DNA from: Candidatus Latescibacterota bacterium
GTDB taxonomy: Bacteria; Latescibacterota; UBA2968
NCBI GenBank assembly: GCA_965207885.1
Contig: OZ242311.1
Coordinates: 3,232,001-3,296,000, forward strand
DNA length: 64,000 nt
Direction: 5' to 3'
In this document: positions 35,961-45,103 of the stretch, one piece after another
Position numbering within the stretch: position 1 is the first letter of the stretch
How the letters are laid out: each line of letters opens with the position of its first letter
Notes under the pieces: model-generated
The model's input: only the letters and a program-made list of their open reading frames with translations
Told to the model about the DNA's origin: nothing
Databases searched by the model: none
Program-made: the position numbers and the translations under genes

Positions 35961-37367
35961 TCATGTTCCAAGATTATACTTATTCATAAACGTCCGCATT
36001 GCCCGTGCCGGATGTCTCTGTTTATACGCACTAAAAACATCGGGGAAATCGCCAATCACGGCATGTGCCCGTTCCAATGCCTGTGCAACGACCTCGCGAG
36101 GTGGATCGCTCAAAGGACTTTTCTCCTCGGCATCCACACTCAAATCGTAAACCGTCGCCTCAGGCGACCTTGTCCCCACATCCATGTGTACGCTATAGCG
36201 ATCATCCCGCACATTAAAGTTCGTTGCCCAACCCGTTGTGATGTAGTCCCGAGCAGGTTCACTCGCACCCGTCACACTTGCCCAGGCATCTGCTCCATCC
36301 ATCTCTTCGTACTCAACGCCCAGCATATTGAGAATCGTCGGCGTAATATCCTGATTCTGCGTCCAGATATCCGTTTGCTGTCCGCGCGGCCCACCCGGAT
36401 GGCGAACAATCCAATTGATCTGCGTATTAAATGGAAACAGCGCATTACCGCCCTTGCCGAATCGTCCCCTATCCATCAGTTGCGTACCGTGATCGGATAT
36501 GAACATCACCACTGTATCATCCCTCAGATTCAATCGGTCAATCGTTTCCAGCAAATGCCCAATCCAGCGATCTACAAATGTGACATAGCCCATATACAAT
36601 GCTTTTGTGCGCTCAATTTCCGCATCGGTCGCATCGCCAATGGACAGGACGCTATGATGGATATAATCCTTCACCGAGGGATCTGAAAAATAAGCATCGG
36701 CATACTGCCTTGGCGGATCCCATAACTCGTGTGGACTAAAACTATCAATCCACAGGAAAAATGGCTTGTTACCCCGATTGTCCTCTACCCATTGCGATGC
36801 CTCGCGGAACACTTGAGCAGCGAGATAATTCTCTTCGCCCTCCTGCCGATCCAGCATATTGAGCAAATACTGAACAATCACCGCATGTTTCCTGGGATCT
36901 GCATCCCCATCCCGTACATGCGCTGCCAGATCGATGCGCGACAGCGGTCCCGACCGATATCCATCTTGTTCCTGCCCGCGAACAAAGCGCCACGACAAAA
37001 AACCCCGCGTGAAATTCTGCGTCGGCTTAAACATGTGATAGGTATCCGCGACCAGGCCCGTAACAAAACCCGCATCGTGCAGGCGTTCCGCAAGCGTATC
37101 CTGATCTGGCGGAATAGGATGCCAGCCAGAGCCTGCTGGCTGAAGCCCTTCATTTGGTGTATCGAACCGCCAGGGGAAAGACGGGATACCCGTAAACACA
37201 CACCGACGAAAAGGAATCGTCGGCAATCCCTCTGCAAAACAGCGATTAAAGACCAGGCCCTCAGAAGCCAACTGATCCAAATGAGGCGTTCTCACATGGC
37301 TCAACTTTTTGCCCGCTCCAACAATATCTGCTCGAAACGTATCGCAGCAAATCACGACCATATTCAT
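35961..37367 (-). CDS. Sulfatase-fold hydrolase with Thr at the nucleophile position
   Basis: VICCDTFRAD, TPHLDQLA, PTIPFRR (TxPxR in place of C/SxPxR), DSFSPHELWDPP, ISDHG. Confidence 0.82.
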   Translation of the reverse strand: MNMVVICCDTFRADIVGAGKKLSHVRTPHLDQLASEGLVFNRCFAEGLPTIPFRRCVFTGIPSFPWRFDTPNEGLQPAGSGWHPIPPDQDTLAERLHDAGFVTGLVADTYHMFKPTQNFTRGFLSWRFVRGQEQDGYRSGPLSRIDLAAHVRDGDADPRKHAVIVQYLLNMLDRQEGEENYLAAQVFREASQWVEDNRGNKPFFLWIDSFSPHELWDPPRQYADAYFSDPSVKDYIHHSVLSIGDATDAEIERTKALYMGYVTFVDRWIGHLLETIDRLNLRDDTVVMFISDHGTQLMDRGRFGKGGNALFPFNTQINWIVRHPGGPRGQQTDIWTQNQDITPTILNMLGVEYEEMDGADAWASVTGASEPARDYITTGWATNFNVRDDRYSVHMDVGTRSPEATVYDLSVDAEEKSPLSDPPREVVAQALERAHAVIGDFPDVFSAYKQRHPARAMRTFMNKYNLGT

Positions 37368-37418
37368 AAAATTCTCCTTTTGTGATTCCTGTATTGATCT
37401 GACCTATCCTATCCCATT

Positions 37419-37447
37419 ATGATAATCTGCGAGTGCCAGCCTGTCAA
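37419..37447 (-). promoter_or_regulatory. Putative sigma70 promoter for the sulfatase-glaH pair
   Basis: Minus strand TTGACA-17 nt-TATCAT. Confidence 0.65.
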
Positions 37448-37512
37448 TATCAGCGGCATATTTCATTTTCAGGTTGACAAAAAATATAGAATATGTGAGA
37501 TTTCTCTCCACC

Positions 37513-37685
37513 AAGAGTAGAGGCGCGTCCCGTCATCAGTAATCTGGCACCAGAAAGCGGATCTGTAGGCCAGATGAAAGGGTCGGGATGCCGAAGCCAA
37601 ATATTCCACCGCAGGGCATTTGGCTGGGTCAGCAGATAATATCTGCTGAACTGTCACGGGAAATAATCCCGTGGGGCGCTCTCTT
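37513..37685 (+). ncRNA. Lysine riboswitch (L-box) aptamer
   Basis: AGAGGCGC start, AGTA loop-E motif, GAAAGGG, GCCGAA, CTGTCAC...GTGGGGCGCT end; P1 AAGAG/CTCTT; lies directly upstream of asd. Confidence 0.92.
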
Positions 37686-37707
37686 GTAGGCTGCTCCTGC
37701 TATAATG

Positions 37708-37751
37708 CAGTCGGCGTGCTTCTACTCTGGCAACCGACTGTTTTTTATTTT
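37708..37751 (+). terminator. Riboswitch-controlled intrinsic terminator
   Basis: CAGTCGG...CCGACTG followed by TTTTTTATTTTT, just before the asd RBS. Confidence 0.85.
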
Positions 37752-37774
37752 TAGATCCGCAGAAAGGAAAACCG

Positions 37775-38851
37775 ATGTCCAGGCTCAAAGTAGGAGTTCT
37801 CGGCGCAACCGGCATGGTCGGACAGCGCTTTGTCACATTGCTCGCCGATCATCCCTGGTATGAAGTCACCGCCGTTGCCGCCAGCCCGCGCTCTGCAGGG
37901 AAAACCTATCGAGAAGCTGTGAAAGGCCGATGGACGCAATGCGATATTGCCATTCCCAGAACAGTATCCGACCTCGTCGTGCAGGACGTGCGCGAAATTG
38001 ACGCAATCGCATCACAAGTCGATTTCGTCTGTTGCGCGCTCGACATGGAAAAAGAAGAGATTTACAAGCTCGAAGAAGCTTATGCAAAAGCCGAAATGCC
38101 GGTGATCTCCAATAATTCGGCGCACCGCTGGACCCCCGACGTGCCCATTCTTATGCCAGAAATCAATCCAGAGCACGCCGAAATCATTCCGGAGCAGCGC
38201 AAACGCTTGGGTGCCCAACGCGGTTTTATTGCCGTAAAACCCAATTGCTCCATTCAGCCTTATGTACCGGCTTTTCACGCATTATCAGAATTTGGGCCTT
38301 CAAGTGCCTCTATATGCACTTATCAGGCCATTTCCGGTGCGGGTAAAACCTTTGAAACATGGCCAGAAATGATAGACAATATCATCCCCTATATCGGCGG
38401 TGAAGAAGACAAAAGCGAAAACGAGCCCCACAAAATCTGGGGCAAAATCGTCAAAGATGAAATTGTGCCCAGCCGCAGTCCGATCATTTCAGCCCAATGC
38501 GTTCGGGTTCCCGTCACAGATGGACACATGGCAGCCGTATCTGTATCCTTTGACAAAAAACCCACGGCAGAGGACATCCTTTCCCGCTGGCAAGACTTCG
38601 AAGGAGACCGCAGAGCTACAGGACTGCCCTCCTCGCCCAAAACATTTCTCGCGTACATCGAAGGGGATGACCGCCCGCAGACGCGCTTAGACCGCGATGC
38701 GGAAAATGGCATGGGCATTACACTCGGTCGCCTCCGCGAAGACAATCTCTTCGATTACAAATTTATCGCCCTCAGTCACAATACTGTACGCGGTGCAGCA
38801 GGCGGTGCTGTCCTGATGGCCGAACTCTTGACCCAGGAGGGATATATCTAA
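37775..38851 (+). CDS. asd: Aspartate-semialdehyde dehydrogenase
   Basis: VGVLGATGMVGQRF, PEINPEH, KPNCS, QAISGAG, RVPVTDGH and HNTVRGAAG motifs. Confidence 0.96.
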   Translation: MSRLKVGVLGATGMVGQRFVTLLADHPWYEVTAVAASPRSAGKTYREAVKGRWTQCDIAIPRTVSDLVVQDVREIDAIASQVDFVCCALDMEKEEIYKLEEAYAKAEMPVISNNSAHRWTPDVPILMPEINPEHAEIIPEQRKRLGAQRGFIAVKPNCSIQPYVPAFHALSEFGPSSASICTYQAISGAGKTFETWPEMIDNIIPYIGGEEDKSENEPHKIWGKIVKDEIVPSRSPIISAQCVRVPVTDGHMAAVSVSFDKKPTAEDILSRWQDFEGDRRATGLPSSPKTFLAYIEGDDRPQTRLDRDAENGMGITLGRLREDNLFDYKFIALSHNTVRGAAGGAVLMAELLTQEGYI

Positions 38852-38853
38852 AA

Positions 38854-39822
38854 CTACGTCACCGCGTTTTGTGTTCGTCCCTCCAAAAATGCGATTACAT
38901 TCTCCACTGCGCCGCTATTGAGCAGATCGACACCTTCTGGCGTCATATCTGCACAATGCGGCGTAAGCACCACATGTTCACACGCAAAAAGGGGATAATC
39001 GGGTGGTGTCGGTTCTTCCTCGTACACATCGATACCTGCTCCGCCGATATGCTCACTGTTTAACGCATTGACAAGAGCGTCCGTATCAACCACTGCGCCG
39101 CGCGCTCCATTTAGCAATAATGCACCTGCTTTCATCTTTTCCAACTCGGCCTCGCCGATCATCCCTCTGGTATCATCTGTTAACGCCACGTGCAGACTGA
39201 CTACGTCAGAAGTTTCGAGCAGTGTATCTAACTCGACAAAACGCACGCCGAGTTTTTCCGCCCGTTCAGATGACGGATGAAATGTCCACGCAATCACCTC
39301 CATCCCAATCGCTCGGGCAAGTCGCGCCATCTCTGCGCCAATATTGCCTGCGCCAATAATCCCCAGGGTTTTGCCTTGAAGCATCACATTATCCCGCCGG
39401 GGCCAGCCTCCCTTTTTCATTTCTGCGGTCAAATATGCAGCGCGTTTTGCAACCGCAAACATCAGCCCAAACATGTGCTCTGCCACAACCGGTGCAGTTC
39501 TTCCCGGCTGGTTGCATATCACAATCCCACGCTTTTTTGCAGCCTCCAGATCGAACATATCTGTGCCAATAGAACACGTCGTAATCATTTTCAACTTTGG
39601 CAATTGACCAAACTCTTGCTCGCCCCACGTCACAGCACCGCGCGTGTTCATAATCACATCGGCGTCCCTTACCCGTTCGACCTTTTCTTTGTCTGACATG
39701 GGTCGCGTATCGTAAAGCGTCACATCGCCATAACCTGCCAATAGTTCGAGATGGGGTGATCCCGCAATCTGTACCGGCTCATCGCCAGGCACCACAATCT
39801 GTACATAATCCTCCACTGCCAT
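38854..39822 (-). CDS. D-isomer specific 2-hydroxyacid dehydrogenase
   Basis: GKTLGIIGAGNIG, SDVVSLH, NGARG, DVYEEEP and TPHCA motifs. Confidence 0.92.
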   Translation of the reverse strand: MAVEDYVQIVVPGDEPVQIAGSPHLELLAGYGDVTLYDTRPMSDKEKVERVRDADVIMNTRGAVTWGEQEFGQLPKLKMITTCSIGTDMFDLEAAKKRGIVICNQPGRTAPVVAEHMFGLMFAVAKRAAYLTAEMKKGGWPRRDNVMLQGKTLGIIGAGNIGAEMARLARAIGMEVIAWTFHPSSERAEKLGVRFVELDTLLETSDVVSLHVALTDDTRGMIGEAELEKMKAGALLLNGARGAVVDTDALVNALNSEHIGGAGIDVYEEEPTPPDYPLFACEHVVLTPHCADMTPEGVDLLNSGAVENVIAFLEGRTQNAVT

Positions 39823-39921
39823 AGTGACTCCTTTCAGAAACATTGCTTCCCAAAACATCCTTTGGTATATTCATAGCTTTCTAAGGCATATAATGCAAAC
39901 CATTTCGCCCAAGGAGTGCCA

Positions 39922-41394
39922 ATGCCTCTGGCAAAATACCAGCGCATCGGACATCACAAAACCGTCGAATCATTCAAAGCACATATCAACAGCCTGGGGA
40001 TTGACCTTCCCTGCGATGACGAAATTCTCAAAGCACCAGAATCTCCACTTGCCCAAACAAGCGAGTGTCAGGACTTTCGCATTGGCAATCGCTTTTGCAT
40101 CCACCCCATGGAGGGCTGGGACGGCGAAATTGATGGCAATCCCTCGGAATATACCCTCCGGAGATGGCATAACTTTGGCCTTAGTGGTGCAAAATTAATA
40201 TGGGGCGGCGAAGCCGTTGCCGTGCGCCATGAAGGACGCGCAAACCCCAATCAACTCTTTGCAGCCGAACATACCAAAGCCGGCCTGGGCAAACTCCGAG
40301 AAGAACTCCTATCGGCACACCGGAAATGCATCGGCAGCACCGATGACCTGCTCATCGGACTTCAACTGACCCACTCGGGTCGTTTTTGCAGACCCAATGA
40401 CAAAATCAAACTCGAACCCCGCATTGTGTATCGCCATCCGATTCTCGACCGCAAATTTGGCATTGACTCGGACGACCCCTTGCTCTCCGATAGCGAAATC
40501 AAAAGCCTGATTGACGACTATCTCAGTGCCGCACGTATGGCGTATGACCTCGGATATCAGTTTGTCGATGTCAAACACTGCCACGGTTATATCGGTCACG
40601 AATTTTTAAGTGCCTTTACCCGACCGGGACCTTATGGGGGCTCATTTGAAAACCGAACCCGATTCCTTCGCGAAATCGTCGCGGGCATTCGCACAGATTG
40701 CCCTGGTCTCAAAATAGGTGTGCGCCTCAGCGCATTCGATTTTGTGCCTTTTTATCCCGACCCCGAACAATCCGAAGGCAAAAAACTCGGACCCGGCATT
40801 CCCGAAGATTTTTCCGAATACCTACCCTATAAATACGGATTTGGTATCGATGAAGACAATCCCATCGCCGCAAATATTGCCGAAACCTGTCGCTTCCTCG
40901 ACTTGCTGCGCGAACTCGATATAGTGCTTGTCAATCTCTCAGCAGGCAGTCCTTACTACAACCCCCACATTCAGCGGCCTGCTTATTTCCCCCCCTCTGA
41001 TGGTTATCAACCCCCTGAAGACCCACTCGTGGGCGTTGCCCGTCAAGTTGGCATTACCGCACAAATTAAAAAACAATTTTCTGATTTGCTCATCGTCGGT
41101 ACGGCTTATTCCTATCTCCAGGAATTTCTGCCCCATGTTGCCCAAACGCTCGTGCGCGATGGCAAGGTAGATTTTATCGGTCTGGGGCGCATGGTGCTGT
41201 CTTATCCCGATTTGCCCGTAGATGTACTCCAAAATGGCGAAACTTCCAAACGCAAACTTTGTCGAACCTTTAGCGACTGTACCACAGCCCCCCGAAATGG
41301 CATGATATCGGGATGCTTTCCACTGGATACCTACTATAAAAAATCCCCCGAAGGCATTGCCCTCAGGGAACTCAAAAAATCGATTCAATTGTGA
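39922..41394 (+). CDS. NADH:flavin oxidoreductase (Old Yellow Enzyme family)
   Basis: [38 protein letters not shown] and CRTFSDC motifs. Confidence 0.9.
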   Translation: MPLAKYQRIGHHKTVESFKAHINSLGIDLPCDDEILKAPESPLAQTSECQDFRIGNRFCIHPMEGWDGEIDGNPSEYTLRRWHNFGLSGAKLIWGGEAVAVRHEGRANPNQLFAAEHTKAGLGKLREELLSAHRKCIGSTDDLLIGLQLTHSGRFCRPNDKIKLEPRIVYRHPILDRKFGIDSDDPLLSDSEIKSLIDDYLSAARMAYDLGYQFVDVKHCHGYIGHEFLSAFTRPGPYGGSFENRTRFLREIVAGIRTDCPGLKIGVRLSAFDFVPFYPDPEQSEGKKLGPGIPEDFSEYLPYKYGFGIDEDNPIAANIAETCRFLDLLRELDIVLVNLSAGSPYYNPHIQRPAYFPPSDGYQPPEDPLVGVARQVGITAQIKKQFSDLLIVGTAYSYLQEFLPHVAQTLVRDGKVDFIGLGRMVLSYPDLPVDVLQNGETSKRKLCRTFSDCTTAPRNGMISGCFPLDTYYKKSPEGIALRELKKSIQL

Positions 41395-41398
41395 CACT

Positions 41399-42205
41399 TT
41401 ATTTGTTGATCTGTGAACTGGTCTTCAGCACAAAGACTTCTTCCAAATTGTGGAAATTTACGCCCGGTGCCAGAATAACCTCTCTAAATAAACCCTGTAC
41501 TTCATCCCCTACTTTGACGACCTGCCCCACGTAAAGTCCTTTTGGAAAGAGTTCGCCCAAACCAGATGATACGATCAAATCTCCAACTTTTATATCCCCT
41601 CGAAGCGACACGTTTTTTAAATAGAATGTGCCATCTTCAAAAGACACAATGCCATTTACGCGGCTGTGTCGCTGCACCACAGCACTGACCCGGCAGTTGT
41701 GATCTATAAGCAATTGTACAATAGCAGTATAGCCGTGTACTTCCACGATACGCCCCACCAACCCATCCGCAGTCACAACAGGCATGCGGGCCTGTATGCC
41801 TTCATTTGTACCGGCATCGATCAATATCGTATTTGCAATTCGCGCGGGATTGCGTGCAATCACCCGTGCAGCGATATAAGATTTTTCAGCCGCCTGCTGC
41901 GACTTGAAATGCAATAAGGCATGGAGGCGTGCATTTTCAAGCTGGGCCTCTCTGAGTTTGAGCAATTCGAGAGAAAGACGCAAATTCTGATCGCGCAAAG
42001 CATCATTTTCGTGTCGCAGCGAAGAAACTCCCATTGGCCAGGCAAAGATACGGTGCCCAATAGATGTCAATCCAAAAACAATATTGTGTGCAAATCGCGC
42101 CTGTATTGAGGAATCGAACAATATCAATATCAGCGACGCCAAAATTGCAACACCCAGCACAACTCCCTTACGGTGAACACGCAAAAAAACATGAATTCGC
42201 TGCAT
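41399..42205 (-). CDS. mreC: Rod shape-determining protein MreC
   Basis: N-terminal TM, coiled coil ENARLHALL, IDAGTNEGI, GLVGRIV, SSGLGELFPKGL; directly after mreB. Confidence 0.95.
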   Translation of the reverse strand: MQRIHVFLRVHRKGVVLGVAILASLILILFDSSIQARFAHNIVFGLTSIGHRIFAWPMGVSSLRHENDALRDQNLRLSLELLKLREAQLENARLHALLHFKSQQAAEKSYIAARVIARNPARIANTILIDAGTNEGIQARMPVVTADGLVGRIVEVHGYTAIVQLLIDHNCRVSAVVQRHSRVNGIVSFEDGTFYLKNVSLRGDIKVGDLIVSSGLGELFPKGLYVGQVVKVGDEVQGLFREVILAPGVNFHNLEEVFVLKTSSQINK

Positions 42206-42207
42206 CG

Positions 42208-43227
42208 CTATTCCAAAACATTCCTGTAGCCATGGATATCTGCAAGTACTTTCCCCGTACCTCGCACCACACAGGTCAATGGATCATCGGCTACCATAAC
42301 GGGTAAGCCGGTCTCATTGACCAATCGCCGGTCCAGCCCGCGCAATAGTGCCCCTCCTCCAGTCAAAATGATGCCATTGTCGAGAATATCGGCGGCCAAT
42401 TCGGGTGGTGTATGCTCGAGTGTTCGGCGCACAGCATTAATGATTGCATTTGTCGAACCGGCCATCGCCTCCCTGATTTCTTTCGAATGGACAGTAATAA
42501 CTCGGGGAATCGCCTGTACCATCTCCAGCCCGCGACACGTATGTTGCAGTTCTTCATCAAGCCCCACGGCAGTGCCAATAGCGCACTTGATTTGCTCTGC
42601 GCTGCGGCTTCCCACTAGCAGATTGTGTTTGCGCTTGAGAAATTGTACAATGACTTCTGTCAATTCATCGCCCGCTGTTTTAATTGATACGGACGTCACA
42701 ATACCAGATAGTGCAATCACAGCGATCTCAGTTGTTCCGCCGCCAATATCAACGACCATAGATCCTACCGCATCCTCTATGGGCAACCCAACGCCAATCG
42801 CAGCCGCCATGGGTTCTTTGATCAAATAAACTTCGCGGGCACCTGCGCGATCAGCAGCTTCTCTTACAGCGCGCATTTCAACAGGCGTAACACCAGAAGG
42901 CACACAAATTACAACGCGCGGCCTGACCAGCAGTTTGTTTTTTTGTACTTTGGAAATAAAAAAGCGCAGCATTTCCTCAGTCACATCAAAATCGGCGATA
43001 ACGCCATCGCGGAGCGGGCGCACTACCTCTATATCCGGTTTTTCGCGCCCAAGCATTTCTTTCGCCTGAGCACCAATGGCCAGGGGTTTGCGCGTATGAC
43101 GCTCAAGGGCAACAATTGAAGGTTCATTGATCACAATGCCCTGCCCTTTGACATAAACCAGTGTATTGGCAGTTCCCAGATCAATACCAATATCATTAGA
43201 AAACAAGTTCGAAAACCAAAAAGCCAT
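42208..43227 (-). CDS. mreB: Rod shape-determining protein MreB
   Basis: IGIDLGTANT, EPSIVA, GVIADF, EPMAAAIG, DIGGGTTE and LTGGGALL motifs. Confidence 0.97.
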   Translation of the reverse strand: MAFWFSNLFSNDIGIDLGTANTLVYVKGQGIVINEPSIVALERHTRKPLAIGAQAKEMLGREKPDIEVVRPLRDGVIADFDVTEEMLRFFISKVQKNKLLVRPRVVICVPSGVTPVEMRAVREAADRAGAREVYLIKEPMAAAIGVGLPIEDAVGSMVVDIGGGTTEIAVIALSGIVTSVSIKTAGDELTEVIVQFLKRKHNLLVGSRSAEQIKCAIGTAVGLDEELQHTCRGLEMVQAIPRVITVHSKEIREAMAGSTNAIINAVRRTLEHTPPELAADILDNGIILTGGGALLRGLDRRLVNETGLPVMVADDPLTCVVRGTGKVLADIHGYRNVLE

Positions 43228-43499
43228 AGCTGAAGTATCTCCCACCGGAATTGATAAAGCGAACAATAATCCGGCAAAATTAGTTGAAAAAATTGGTCTG
43301 TATTTCTCGGTATTCACAACTGCCTATCGGAAAACGTTGAATGGCAGCGAGAAGACGACTTCTGAATAGGGGGAAAATTAACAGAAGTGGAAAAAGGGGA
43401 GAAAAGATGCAGAATAATAACTCTTTAAAAAAATAAAGTCAAGTAACGAGAGACAATATGTTGTGGGAAAATATCCTTGACATTTCTTTCTGGCAATCT

Positions 43500-43532
43500 G
43501 AAATTTGTCATCTAGATCATTTGACAAATTTC
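43500..43532. promoter_or_regulatory. Perfect 11-bp inverted repeat (operator or 5'UTR hairpin) upstream of galU
   Basis: GAAATTTGTCA-N11-TGACAAATTTC, lying between TTGACA (43477-43482) and the GGAGG RBS. Confidence 0.6.
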
Positions 43533-43548
43533 GGTATTGGAGGTCCTG

Positions 43549-44436
43549 TTGAAAATTCGGAAAGCAGTAATCCCCGCAGCGGGGCATGGCAGTCGCATGC
43601 TGCCCGCCACCAAAGCCCTGCCCAAAGAGATGATGCCCATTGTTGACAAGCCGGCGATTCAATACATCATAGAGGAACTCGTCAACTCGGGTATTGAAGA
43701 CATCCTGATCATCACGGGCCGGGGAAAGCGTGCAATTGAAGATCACTTTGATCGCAATGTCGAAATCGCCCATGCATTGCATGAACGCGCAGATCTAAAA
43801 ATGCTCGAAACGCTGGACCGGATCGAACAACTAGCCGACATCCATTACGTGCGACAAAAAGACCAGTTAGGTACAGGACACGCCGTTCTCAAAGCCCGCA
43901 AACATATTGGCGACGAACCCTTTGCCGTTCTTTACGGCGACGACCTCGTTGTTTCGGAGCGCCCTTGCATTGGGCAAATGATAGAGCACTATAACAGGTA
44001 CAGCAGCTCAATCCTCGCAGTCAAAGAAGTACCGCAAGAACACATCAGTAGTTATGGCGTTATTAAAGGCAAACGCATAAACGATGTCTATCTCGTTGAG
44101 GGACTCATTGAAAAACCCGATCCGACAAGAGCGCCATCAAATCTCGCAACCCTTGGGCGCTATATCTTTGGGCCCGAAATTTTTGACTTCCTCGAACAGA
44201 TCGAACCCGCCGAAAATGGAGAATATCAACTCACCGACGCCATTGAATTGATGAGCCAATCCCGAGCGGTTTACGCCTGCGCCATCGAAGGGGAGTGGCA
44301 TACAGTGGGCGATCTTCTTTCATATCTCAAAACCTCCGTGGCCTTTTCCCTCACCCATCCGGCCATTGCCAAAGATTTTCGCAAATACCTCAGAGAACTC
44401 ATCCCGTTGCTCGAAGAAAAAAAGAAATCATTATAG
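43549..44436 (+). CDS. galU: UTP--glucose-1-phosphate uridylyltransferase
   Basis: KAVIPAAGHGSRMLPATKALPKEM, IEDHFD, YVRQ..QLGTGHA, GEYQLTDAI; TTG start after GGAGG. Confidence 0.95.
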   Translation: MKIRKAVIPAAGHGSRMLPATKALPKEMMPIVDKPAIQYIIEELVNSGIEDILIITGRGKRAIEDHFDRNVEIAHALHERADLKMLETLDRIEQLADIHYVRQKDQLGTGHAVLKARKHIGDEPFAVLYGDDLVVSERPCIGQMIEHYNRYSSSILAVKEVPQEHISSYGVIKGKRINDVYLVEGLIEKPDPTRAPSNLATLGRYIFGPEIFDFLEQIEPAENGEYQLTDAIELMSQSRAVYACAIEGEWHTVGDLLSYLKTSVAFSLTHPAIAKDFRKYLRELIPLLEEKKKSL

Positions 44437-44928
44437 GTCGCTCAAAAGCGCGTCCATCTCGCGCACCAGCACGGGCCAGTGTGTCACAATCCGTTTCTCT
44501 TCTGCCGCTATGGCTTTCAAGTCGGCTTCACACAGTTTGCCTTCCCTGTAACACACATCTACATCCTCTCGGTCTAAAACCTCGACAACACCATCTGAAC
44601 TTATCCATATATCCAAAAGCAGATCCAGATAGCTGACCTTGTGTTCTTCCACCTGCACATCTCGACAAATATGAAATAAATGCCCCTTCAGGTTACCTGA
44701 AGGGGCACACATTCGCCACAGAACATGAGCGACGTCCGTTTGGTAAAAAGCCAGCGTTTGAGAACCAGCAGGCAAGAGGGCACCGGCGACTTCCCAAGCG
44801 CGGTTTGACACATAAGACAAGACAACCCAATCTGTGCCACGGGCGACCAAATCGCACATATACGTTTCATCGGGTTTATCGAAATGGCGTTTAAATTCGC
44901 AAAACAACACGATAGAGGTCCTAAACAA
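44431..44928 (-). CDS. DUF402 domain-containing protein
   Basis: YLDLLLDIWI...VLDRED motif typical of DUF402. Confidence 0.7.
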   Translation of the reverse strand: MFRTSIVLFCEFKRHFDKPDETYMCDLVARGTDWVVLSYVSNRAWEVAGALLPAGSQTLAFYQTDVAHVLWRMCAPSGNLKGHLFHICRDVQVEEHKVSYLDLLLDIWISSDGVVEVLDREDVDVCYREGKLCEADLKAIAAEEKRIVTHWPVLVREMDALLSDL

Positions 44929-45076
44929 TGAAATAGCAAATCAGGATCGTCAAACTCGTGATCAGCCAACAGATCCACTGCAATGACCAACCGCGCTTTT
45001 CACCCAGGCCAGAAGAAACACATTGCCCGAGATAACAACCCGTAAAAATGACAAATAATACAATGCCCCACACCAT
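44921..45076 (-). CDS. Small two-TM hypothetical membrane protein (51 aa)
   Basis: MVWGIVLFVIFTGCYLG...WICWLITSLTILICYFIV*; purine-rich RBS; stop overlaps the DUF402 start. Confidence 0.5.
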   Translation of the reverse strand: MVWGIVLFVIFTGCYLGQCVSSGLGEKRGWSLQWICWLITSLTILICYFIV

Positions 45077-45103
45077 AAAAATACCCTTTTTTATATCAGC
45101 TTG

